This document shows, piece by piece, positions 9,581-18,030 of a stretch of 22,347 bases of DNA. Each line of letters starts with the position of its first letter. Within the stretch, counting starts at the first letter, position 1. The stretch is from Pedosphaera sp. (GTDB lineage Bacteria > Verrucomicrobiota > Verrucomicrobiia > Limisphaerales > SIBH01). Made by a program: the position numbers and the translations under genes. The stretch lies in NCBI GenBank assembly GCA_031414955.1, contig JANOQV010000197.1, positions 1-22,347 on the forward strand, in the 5' to 3' direction. Below the pieces are notes generated by a model. That model was not told the origin of the DNA, did not search any database, and was given only the letters and a program-made list of their open reading frames with translations.

Positions 9581-9696
9581 CTTTACACGTAACGCGCGCG
9601 GTGGGTTGCGAAACCTGCGGCGCGCGTTCATCTTGGCCGCATCCCAAGATGCAGCGCGAGGATGCCGTGGGGCGCGCGTTGTGGAGTGTTATCATT
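9581..9696 (+). promoter_or_regulatory. Candidate structured 5' leader and RBS of the second giant gene
   Basis: Hairpin 9591-9628 (16 of 17 positions paired, GCGA tetraloop). Perfect 8-bp hairpin 9629-9651. Loop GCATC is complementary to GATGC at 9661-9665. Shine-Dalgarno GGAG is at 9683-9686, 10 nt before ATG 9697. Confidence 0.4.
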
Positions 9697-12600
9697 ATGC
9701 AACAAACGTGTTTCCGTGGCGGGTCGGTCGGTCTGTTTGGCCGGATGATGAGCGGCGGTTTGCTCCCCGGCCTGGCGCTGTTCGCCCTGTCCATCGTGCT
9801 CGGCCAGGCGGAGGTGGTGCGGACGACGAATTCGGTCTGGAGTTTTTTCCGCGGCACGAATGAGGCCTCGACGCCGCCGACGGCCTGGCGCACGAATGAC
9901 TTCGACGACTCGACGTGGGAGCAATTGCCCGCGCCCTTCAACTACAACACCAACGCGCCCCTCGGCTACGGCACGACGCTCAGCGACATGCGGAGCAATT
10001 ACACGAGCTTCATGTTGCGGGGGACTTTCTTCGTGTCGAACTTTCCGCCGGTCATCGCTTTGAGCAACCGGCCCTTTGCGGATGACGGCAATATCATGTG
10101 GTTAAACGGGGTCGAGGTGCGGCACTTTGCGGTGCCTTTTACCGTGGGCACCTTTGTGCCTTACAACAGCAACTCGACGGTGGCGGCGATCTCGCAGTCG
10201 TGGATTCAACTCAACTCCTCCACCAACCTGCTCCGGCCGGGCACCAATCTGTTTTGTATCCAGGTGTTCAACCTCCGCATCGACGACGGGGACAGCTTCG
10301 CCAATCCCGAGATCGCGCTGGTCTATGCCGACGTCACGCTGCCCTCGGTCGTGAGCACCGCGCCCGCCACCAACACCGTCGTCACGAACCTGAACCAACT
10401 GGCGGTCACGTTCAGCGAGAGCGTGACCAACGCGAAGGCGGGCGATCTGCGCATCAACGGCCAGCCCGCCACGGGCGTCACCTCCAACTCGCCCACGACC
10501 TACACCTGGTCTTTCCCGCTGCCGGCGGCGGGGCTGGTGCAGGCCACTTGGAATCCCGCCGCCGCCATCAAGGATCTCGCCGCCAACGTGTTCAACGGCA
10601 CGAACGCGATCTGGAGCTTCACCAACGTCATCGAGGCGCCACGCGTGATCAGCGCCACGCCGCCGTTCGGTGCGGTGGTCAGCAGCCTGACCCAGGTGGC
10701 GGTGGAGTTTAACCGCGCGGTCACGGGCGTGGCCGTCGAGGATCTGCTGGCGGGCGGCCAGGTGGCTTCCGGCCTGAGCGGCTCGAACACGACCTACACC
10801 TTCACCTTCCCTCCGTTGGCGGGAACGAACATCCAGATCACCTGGGACGGGAATCACCTCATCGTGGACAGCACGGGCATTCGCATGATCGAGGCGGAGA
10901 ACACGTGGACTTATACCATTGTGGACACGCTCGCGCCGACGGTGGCCTCGCTGACGCCCGTGGCCAGTTCCATCGTGGCCTCGCTGACGCAAGTCGAAGT
11001 GCTCTTCAGCGAACCGGTGAGCGGCGTGGACGCCGCCGATCTGGTGGTGAACGGCGCACCCGCGCTCTCGGCTTTCGGCGGCGGTGCCGGTCCGTACGTC
11101 TTTCAGTTCCCGCAGCCCGGCACGGGCACGGTGACGCTGGCGTGGAGTGGTGGACACAACATTCGGGACAATGCCAATCCTCCCAATGCGTTTGCCGGCG
11201 GTGCCTGGAACGTCACGCTCAATCCTTCGCTCTTCACGGGTGACGTCATCATCAACGAGTTTTGCGCTGCGAACGCCGTGACCAACGGCGGCGCGGGCAC
11301 GCTGGACATTGATGAGTTCAACGAGCCGGAGGACTGGATCGAACTCTTTAACCGCGGCAGCAACAGCGTGCGGTTGCTCGGCTGGTCTTTGACCGACAAT
11401 CCGAGCGAGCCGGGACTCTGGACTTTGCCGGACGTGACCCTTGCGCCGGGAAATTACCTCGTGGTGTATGCGTCGGAGCGGAATCGCAAAACGCTCGGCG
11501 GCACGAACCGCCTGCACACCAGTTTCGCCCTGAACCCGAACGGCGAATATCTGGCTCTCTTCAATGCCGAATCGCCGCGCCGGGCCATGAGTGAATTCAC
11601 GCCGCAATTTCCCGAACAGCGCAATGACTACAGCTACGGCCTGATCAACTCGAACACCTGGCGCTACTTCAATCCCCCGACGCCGGGCACGAACAACGGC
11701 ACCAGCACCATCGCCGAGGTGGTGCCGCTGCCCGAGGTGAACGTGGCGCGCGGCTATTTCCAGGCACCCTTCACGCTCATTGCCAGTTGTGCCCTGACCA
11801 ATGCCACCATGCGTTACACCACGGATGGCAGCGAGCCGGTCGGTGCCTCTCCGGTTTTTCCCGGGACGCAGGTGATTTCCAACACGACGGTGCTGCGCCT
11901 CGCGGCCTTTGCGCCGGGCCTGCTGCCCTCGCGGTCCAGCACGCACAGTTACATCTTCCTGGATCAAATCATGGTCCAGTCGAACACCCCGCCCGGCTAC
12001 CCGACGAACTGGGGGCCGAACGCCCACGCGCTGTTCGTGGGCGGCGTGGTGCCGGTGGACTATGAGATGGACATGGACCCGGTGCGCGTCGATCCGCTCG
12101 ACACGAATTCTCCCATCGACACGGTGAAACTTCAGCGGCTCAAGGACGGACTGCGCGAACTCCCCGTGATTTCGATCGTGATGAAGGTCGATGACATGTT
12201 CGGCTCGGCGGGTCTTTACCAGCTCAGCGCGATTGAAACCGGCGTGCCGGGCAACAAGCCGGAGAACAAGAAGCCCTGCTCGGTCGAAATGATTCTGCCG
12301 GACGGCACGACCGCCTTCGCGACGACCTGCGGCATCGATCTCCACGGCAATGCCAGCCGGAACCCGATCAAGAATCCCAAGCATGGCTTCAAGCTGAAGT
12401 TCCGCAGTGACTTCGGCCCGGGCTCGCTGGATTACAAACTGTTCGAGGATTCGCCAGTGGAAGAGTACGACGACGTCCTGTTGCGAGCGGACTACAACTC
12501 GAGCTGGCGGCATCCCACCGACAACCCGGCCGAAGGGTTGGGCGCAAACCAGCGCACCCGGGGCACGCGTACGCGTGATGCCTGGATGAAGGACGCCACG

Positions 12601-15600
12601 CGTGAGATGGGCGGATTGGAGAGCCACAACCGGTTCGTCCACGTTTACATCAACGGCCTCTATTGGGGCACCTACGATTTGAGCGAGGATCCGACCGAGT
12701 CCTTCGCCAAGAATGCCCTGGGCGGCACCGATGATGACTACGACATCGTCGATCAAGGAGTAATCAAGAACGGCACTCTGACCTTCTACAACGCGATGCT
12801 GGCCCTGCCCGCGCCCATCCCCAACTCGGTGGCGCAGTATGATGCCTACCGTCAATATCTCGATCTGCCGTCGTTCACCGACTACATGCTGCTGCATTTC
12901 TTCATGGGGCATCAGGACTGGTCCACCAGCGCGACCAAGAACTGGGCCGCGATTCGCAAACGTGTTCCCGGACCGGAGGGCACCTTTCGCTACATCCCCT
13001 GGGACGGCGAGTGCATCCTGTTGGAGGAGAATGTGAACCGCACCACGGTCACGCCGGCCAATTATCCCAGCGGCCTGCACGGCAAACTCCGGACCAATAT
13101 TCAATACCAGGTGGATTTCGGCGACCGCGTCCACAAGCACCTGATTGCTCCGGACGGTCAGTTGCAGTCCGCGCCGAACATCGCGCGCTGGCAGAAGTGG
13201 CAGTCGATCATGGACAAGGCCATCGTCGGTGAATCGACGCGCTGGGGGGATTACCGGCGAGACGTGCATCGTCACGATCCCGGCGCCTCGCCCGCCCCCT
13301 ACGGCTTCCAGCTCTACACCCGCGAGGCCCACTGGTTGCCGGAGAACAACCGCATGGTGAATTCCTATTTCGTCAATCGTCCGGCCACCGTCCTCGCCCA
13401 GTTGCGCGCCGGACAGCTTTACCCGAACAACACCGCGCCGGTCTTCAATCAGCACGGTGGGCGGGTGTCCGAGGGTTTCCTGCTGACCATGACGGCGACG
13501 AACACGATCTACTACACGACCAATGGCGTCGATCCGCGCACCTACGGTTCGGGCGCGATCTCACCGCTGGCCCGGCTCTACACTGGAGCGATTGGGCTCA
13601 ACCAGTCCATGGTGGTCAAGGCCCGCATGTTGGCCGGCACCAACTGGAGCGCCCTGAACGAGGCCACTTTCGCCGTCGCTTCTCTCACCGTGCCGCTGCG
13701 CATCACCGAAATCATGTACAACCCGATCGGCGGCGATGCCTACGAGTTCATCGAACTCCAGAACACCGGGGCCACGCCGCTGGACATTGGCAGCTACAAC
13801 TTCAACGGCATCACTTTCATTTTTCCGTTTGGCACCGTGTTGTCGCCGGGGCAGCGCCTCGTGCTGGGCAACAACGCGAACACGAACGTCTTCCAGGCCC
13901 GCTACCCGGGTGTGCTCGTGACCGGTTGGTTCGGCGGTTCGCTGGCCAATGGCGGCGAGACCATCACGGTGCTCGATGGCCTCGGGCGCATCATTCTCTC
14001 CGTGAGCTACGACGACGAATTCGGCTGGCCGACGGCATCGGATGGCGGTGGTTACTCGCTTGAAATCATCGACCCGAACGGCGACCCCGATGCGGCGGGC
14101 AACTGGCGCGCGAGCAACGGGCAGAACGGCACACCCGGCGCGGTCAACAGCACGCCGCCGGCGAACAGTGTGGTTCTTAACGAGGTCATGGCGGACAACC
14201 CAAGCGCGGTGAACCATGAAGGCACTTATCCCGACTGGGTGGAATTGTACAACGGCGGCGTCGTGGACCTAAATGTGGCTGGTTGGAGCCTGACGGATGA
14301 CGGCGATCTCCGAAAATTTATCTTCCCCGGCGGCACGACTGTTCCGGCCGGCGGCTATCTGGTCGTCTGGTGCGACGCGACCACGAACACCACGAGTGGA
14401 TTGCACACGGGATTCTCCCTCGGCCGCAACGGCGACGATGTGTTCCTTTACGACGCCAGCACGAACCGTGTCGATGCCATCTCCTTCGGGCCGCAGGCTC
14501 CGAACTATTCCATCGGGCGCGTGGGCGGCTCGTGGGAGTTGACCACGCCCACAACCAACGCGGTGAACATCGCGGCGGCGCTCGCTCCGGCCATCGCGCT
14601 TTCCATCAACGAGTGGCTCGCGAACACGACACCGGGGGCGGACGACTGGCTGGAGCTGTTCAACAGTTCGAGCAACGCGCCGGCGGCCCTCCGCAACACC
14701 TACCTGGCCACCAGCAACGCGCTGTTCCAGATTCGTTCGCTTTCCTTTATTGCGCCCCGCGGCTTCTTGCAGTTGATCGCGGATGAAAACGCCGGCCCCG
14801 ATCATCTCGACTTCAAGCTCCCGGCCTCACCTGGCGTGATCGTGCTCTACGACGCGGTGGGCGCGGAAGTGCAGCGCGTGAATTACGGCTCTCAAGTGCA
14901 GGCCGTGACGCAGGGCCGGTTGCCCGATGGGGCCGGGAGCATCGTGGCCTTCCCCGGCAGCGCCAGCCCCGGCGGCACCAACTACCTTCTCAACTACACC
15001 GGGCCGGTCTTGAATGAACTGCTCGCGCGCAACTCCGGCACCGTGCCCGGCCCGTGGGGCAACTACCCGGACTTCCTCGAGCTGTTCAATCCCAACCCGA
15101 CGAACTTCAATCTCGGCGGCATGGGGCTGAGCGACGACGCCGGCGAGGTGAAGTTTGTCTTCGCGCCCGGGACCACCATCACGGCCAACGGCTACCTCGT
15201 GGTGTGGTGCGATGGCGGTCGCGCGGTGAGCACCAACGGCACGCTCAACTCCGGCTTCTCGCTCTCCAGCAGCAGCGGCGGCGCGTATCTGTTCAACGCG
15301 GGTGGGCAGTTGGTGAATTCCGTCGAGTACGGATTCCAAGTGGATGATCGGTCCGTCGGCGTCTCTGCCAGTCAGTGGTTGTTGCTCTCGGCGGCCACGC
15401 CCGGCGCAGTCAATGCCGCCGCGCACGTCCTCGGTTCCGTGTCGAACCTGCGCATCAACGAATGGATGGCGGATGTGGCCGGAGGCAATGATTGGTTCGA
15501 GCTTTTCAACCTCGACCCGTTGCCCGTGAACCTCTCGGGCCTTTACCTCACGGACGATCTCTCCCTCGCCGGCCTGAGCAACACGCCCATCGCCGCGCTG

Positions 15601-17895
15601 AGTTTCATTAATGGGAACGGCTGGGTGAAATGGATCGCGGATCAAGACCCGAGTCAGGGTCGCGACCATGCGGGCTTCGACCTCGACCGGGACGGCGATA
15701 ACATCCGCCTTTACGCGCCGGACTTCTCGGTCCTCGACAGCGTCAGCTTCGGCGCGCAACTCGAAGATGTGTCGCAGGGGCGGCTGCCCGACGGCGGCAC
15801 CAATGTCGTCAGCTTCCAGACCACGCCCACGCCGGACGCGAGTAATTATCTACCGCTCCAGGATGTCGTCATCAATGAGGTGCTCACGCACACCGATGTG
15901 CCGCTGGAGGATGCGATCGAAATCCAGAACATTGGCACCAACACGGTGAACATTGGCGACTGGTTCATCAGCGATTCGGAGAGCGTGTTGAAGAAGTTCC
16001 GCGTCGCCACTGGCACCACGCTCGGGTCGGGCGCGTTCAAGGTTTTTTACGAAACGAATTTCAACGCCGGTGGCAATGGCACCAACTTCACCTTGAACTC
16101 CGCGCACGGCGACTCGGTTTACCTCTCGCAGGCCGACGGCGCGGGCAATCTCACCGGCTACCGCACTCAGACCAGTTTTGGCGCGGCGCAGAATGGCGTT
16201 TCCTTCGGCCGCTTCCCGACCAGTGTGGGCGTGGACTTCGTCGCCATGGCGCAACGCACCTTCGGCGTGGACAATCCGGCCAGCGTGGCGCAGTTCCGCA
16301 CTGGCACCGGGCTTACGAACAGTGATCCGAAGATTGGTCCGGTTATCCTCAACGAAGTCATGTACCACCCGAGCAGCGGCGTGGGCAGCAATGCCGTGGA
16401 ACTGGCGGACGAGGAATTCGTCGAGCTGCACAATGTCACCGGGAGTCCGGTGCCGATGTTCGACTCCGCCCGTCCGACCAATGGCTGGCAGTTGAGCGGC
16501 GGCGCGTCGTTCACCTTCACCTCCAACCACACCATTGCGGCCCAGGGCTACCTCGTGCTGGTGAATTTCAATCCGGCCACAAACGCCTCGGCCGTCGCCG
16601 CCTTCCAGGCCAAGTATGGCGCGGCCGGCCCGCTGGTCGGTCCGCTGGGCGGACGCCTGGATAACGGCGGCGAGGAGATCACTCTTTCCCGCCCGGACGC
16701 GCCGCAGCAGGCACCGCAGCCCGACGCGGGCTTTGTTCCGATGATTCTCGTGGACCGCGTCGTTTACGGCGACCTCGCCCCCTGGCCGCTCGCCGCCGAT
16801 GGCGGCGGCGCTTCGTTGCAACGCCTGGCGGATTCGCTCTATGGCAATGAGCCGTTGAACTGGAAAGCCGAGCCGGCCACGGCCGGCACCACCAACACGC
16901 CCGGCGGAGTCGTGGCTCCCACCATCTCCAGCCAGCCGACCAACTTCACGGTGATCGCTGGAAGTCCGGCCACGTTTACGGTGGGTGCCAACGGCAGCGC
17001 GCCGCTCAGTTATCAGTGGCAGCACGCCAACACCAATCTGCCCGGCGCGAACAGTTCGATCCTGACCGTTCTGAATGCGCGGCTTTCCGATGCAGGCGCT
17101 TACCACGTCATCATCACCAACCTCGGCGGCAACATCACCAGTCAGGACGCCATGCTCACCGTGCTGGTGCCGCCAGCCATCAGCGGCCAACCCACCAATG
17201 TGACGGCGATTGCCGGCCAGCAGGTGCAGTTCAACGTGACCGCGGGCGGCACGGCTCCGCTGCACTACCAATGGCGGTTCAATGGCGCGGAGTTGGAGAG
17301 CCAGAATTCGCTGCAACTCACCTTGAACAACGTGCAGCCGGGGAACGCCGGGAATTACACGGTTGTGATTACCAATGTGGCGGGATCACTGACCAGTGTC
17401 GTCGCCGCACTGGTCGTGAACGTGCCGCCGTTCATCACCAGCGATCCGACCAACCAGACCGTGCTCGACGGCGGCTCGGCGACCTTCGTCGTCTCCGCCA
17501 CCGGCACCGCGCCGCTCGGCTATCAATGGCGCAAGGACAACCTCAACCTCCCCGGCGCGAACGGCCCGAGTCACACCGTTTCCCCGGCGAGCGCCGCCGA
17601 CGAGGGCTTCTACTCTGTGCTCGTGACCAACCTGGCCGGCCAGGCGCTCAGCCTCGGCGCGCTGTTGCAAGTGAGCAGCCAGCCCTTCCTCGCCGATCCG
17701 CACCTGCGTCTGGATGGCGTCTTCGAGTTCACCCTCGTGGGCCGGACCAACCGGACCTATAGCGTGGAATGGACGGCGGACTTCAACGGGTGGACCAACC
17801 TGACCAACATCACTCTCACCGGCCCGCAAGCGCCGGTGACTAATCCCTCCACCAACGCCGCCGCGCGCTTCTATCGCGCGCGGCTGGAGCCGTGA
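9697..17895 (+). CDS. Giant secreted multidomain protein (about 2732 aa): signal peptide, jelly-roll module, 3 Ig-like repeats, lamin-tail domain, CotH kinase domain flanked by two chitobiase/Fn3-associated domains, 7 more lamin-tail domains, 3 I-set Ig domains and a C-terminal domain
   Basis: The start is reassigned from 9331 to ATG 9697: it has GGAG upstream, and 9331 overlaps the previous gene and its terminator. ATG 9745/9748 are alternatives. The signal peptide is LLPGLALFALSIVLGQA|EVV. RYTTDGSEP and IYYTTNGVDPR mark CHB_HEX_C/Fn3_assoc-type domains. CotH motifs at about 12160-13420: HGNASR..KHGFKLKFR, RDAW, FVHVYINGLYWGTYDLSE, HQDW..NW, FRYIPWD. Eight xxINE-type lamin-tail starts are present. 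Three PxIxxQPxN...PLxYQW...GxYxV Ig domains lie at about 16915-17670. Confidence 0.9.
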   Translation: MQQTCFRGGSVGLFGRMMSGGLLPGLALFALSIVLGQAEVVRTTNSVWSFFRGTNEASTPPTAWRTNDFDDSTWEQLPAPFNYNTNAPLGYGTTLSDMRSNYTSFMLRGTFFVSNFPPVIALSNRPFADDGNIMWLNGVEVRHFAVPFTVGTFVPYNSNSTVAAISQSWIQLNSSTNLLRPGTNLFCIQVFNLRIDDGDSFANPEIALVYADVTLPSVVSTAPATNTVVTNLNQLAVTFSESVTNAKAGDLRINGQPATGVTSNSPTTYTWSFPLPAAGLVQATWNPAAAIKDLAANVFNGTNAIWSFTNVIEAPRVISATPPFGAVVSSLTQVAVEFNRAVTGVAVEDLLAGGQVASGLSGSNTTYTFTFPPLAGTNIQITWDGNHLIVDSTGIRMIEAENTWTYTIVDTLAPTVASLTPVASSIVASLTQVEVLFSEPVSGVDAADLVVNGAPALSAFGGGAGPYVFQFPQPGTGTVTLAWSGGHNIRDNANPPNAFAGGAWNVTLNPSLFTGDVIINEFCAANAVTNGGAGTLDIDEFNEPEDWIELFNRGSNSVRLLGWSLTDNPSEPGLWTLPDVTLAPGNYLVVYASERNRKTLGGTNRLHTSFALNPNGEYLALFNAESPRRAMSEFTPQFPEQRNDYSYGLINSNTWRYFNPPTPGTNNGTSTIAEVVPLPEVNVARGYFQAPFTLIASCALTNATMRYTTDGSEPVGASPVFPGTQVISNTTVLRLAAFAPGLLPSRSSTHSYIFLDQIMVQSNTPPGYPTNWGPNAHALFVGGVVPVDYEMDMDPVRVDPLDTNSPIDTVKLQRLKDGLRELPVISIVMKVDDMFGSAGLYQLSAIETGVPGNKPENKKPCSVEMILPDGTTAFATTCGIDLHGNASRNPIKNPKHGFKLKFRSDFGPGSLDYKLFEDSPVEEYDDVLLRADYNSSWRHPTDNPAEGLGANQRTRGTRTRDAWMKDATREMGGLESHNRFVHVYINGLYWGTYDLSEDPTESFAKNALGGTDDDYDIVDQGVIKNGTLTFYNAMLALPAPIPNSVAQYDAYRQYLDLPSFTDYMLLHFFMGHQDWSTSATKNWAAIRKRVPGPEGTFRYIPWDGECILLEENVNRTTVTPANYPSGLHGKLRTNIQYQVDFGDRVHKHLIAPDGQLQSAPNIARWQKWQSIMDKAIVGESTRWGDYRRDVHRHDPGASPAPYGFQLYTREAHWLPENNRMVNSYFVNRPATVLAQLRAGQLYPNNTAPVFNQHGGRVSEGFLLTMTATNTIYYTTNGVDPRTYGSGAISPLARLYTGAIGLNQSMVVKARMLAGTNWSALNEATFAVASLTVPLRITEIMYNPIGGDAYEFIELQNTGATPLDIGSYNFNGITFIFPFGTVLSPGQRLVLGNNANTNVFQARYPGVLVTGWFGGSLANGGETITVLDGLGRIILSVSYDDEFGWPTASDGGGYSLEIIDPNGDPDAAGNWRASNGQNGTPGAVNSTPPANSVVLNEVMADNPSAVNHEGTYPDWVELYNGGVVDLNVAGWSLTDDGDLRKFIFPGGTTVPAGGYLVVWCDATTNTTSGLHTGFSLGRNGDDVFLYDASTNRVDAISFGPQAPNYSIGRVGGSWELTTPTTNAVNIAAALAPAIALSINEWLANTTPGADDWLELFNSSSNAPAALRNTYLATSNALFQIRSLSFIAPRGFLQLIADENAGPDHLDFKLPASPGVIVLYDAVGAEVQRVNYGSQVQAVTQGRLPDGAGSIVAFPGSASPGGTNYLLNYTGPVLNELLARNSGTVPGPWGNYPDFLELFNPNPTNFNLGGMGLSDDAGEVKFVFAPGTTITANGYLVVWCDGGRAVSTNGTLNSGFSLSSSSGGAYLFNAGGQLVNSVEYGFQVDDRSVGVSASQWLLLSAATPGAVNAAAHVLGSVSNLRINEWMADVAGGNDWFELFNLDPLPVNLSGLYLTDDLSLAGLSNTPIAALSFINGNGWVKWIADQDPSQGRDHAGFDLDRDGDNIRLYAPDFSVLDSVSFGAQLEDVSQGRLPDGGTNVVSFQTTPTPDASNYLPLQDVVINEVLTHTDVPLEDAIEIQNIGTNTVNIGDWFISDSESVLKKFRVATGTTLGSGAFKVFYETNFNAGGNGTNFTLNSAHGDSVYLSQADGAGNLTGYRTQTSFGAAQNGVSFGRFPTSVGVDFVAMAQRTFGVDNPASVAQFRTGTGLTNSDPKIGPVILNEVMYHPSSGVGSNAVELADEEFVELHNVTGSPVPMFDSARPTNGWQLSGGASFTFTSNHTIAAQGYLVLVNFNPATNASAVAAFQAKYGAAGPLVGPLGGRLDNGGEEITLSRPDAPQQAPQPDAGFVPMILVDRVVYGDLAPWPLAADGGGASLQRLADSLYGNEPLNWKAEPATAGTTNTPGGVVAPTISSQPTNFTVIAGSPATFTVGANGSAPLSYQWQHANTNLPGANSSILTVLNARLSDAGAYHVIITNLGGNITSQDAMLTVLVPPAISGQPTNVTAIAGQQVQFNVTAGGTAPLHYQWRFNGAELESQNSLQLTLNNVQPGNAGNYTVVITNVAGSLTSVVAALVVNVPPFITSDPTNQTVLDGGSATFVVSATGTAPLGYQWRKDNLNLPGANGPSHTVSPASAADEGFYSVLVTNLAGQALSLGALLQVSSQPFLADPHLRLDGVFEFTLVGRTNRTYSVEWTADFNGWTNLTNITLTGPQAPVTNPSTNAAARFYRARLEP

Positions 17896-18030
17896 TGGCC
17901 TGGTTCGGTCGGTAATTCTGGGCAATTGAACCGTGCTTGCTCGCACCGGGTCGCTTTGCCACGCTGCGACGCGACACATCAAGGATCGTATGGCAATGCA
18001 GGAAACTCAATTCACGCGAATCCCCTGCCC

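Noticed and set aside
9606..9634. Sigma70-like promoter TTGCGA-N17-CATCTT
   Set aside because: The -10 match is poor and cannot be distinguished from chance. If real, it would argue against the upstream hairpin being transcribed.
9331..9696. N-terminal extension of the second giant ORF as given in the ORF track
   Set aside because: It overlaps the previous gene and runs through its terminator and G-tract. The SD and signal peptide point to ATG 9697.
10102..13455. Long antisense ORFs (1117 aa here; also 4943-6904, 7904-9631, 15850-17316 and others)
   Set aside because: They are shadows of strongly biased high-GC coding sequence. They lie opposite well-supported genes, are R/H/V-rich and have no recognisable motifs.
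17926..18030. TTG start extension of the nucleotidyltransferase, and weak hairpins in the 17896-18030 gap
   Set aside because: The extension has non-coding-like composition. The hairpins (GGTTC/GAACC, GTCGC/GCGAC) are short and have no U-tract, so no terminator or promoter can be supported.
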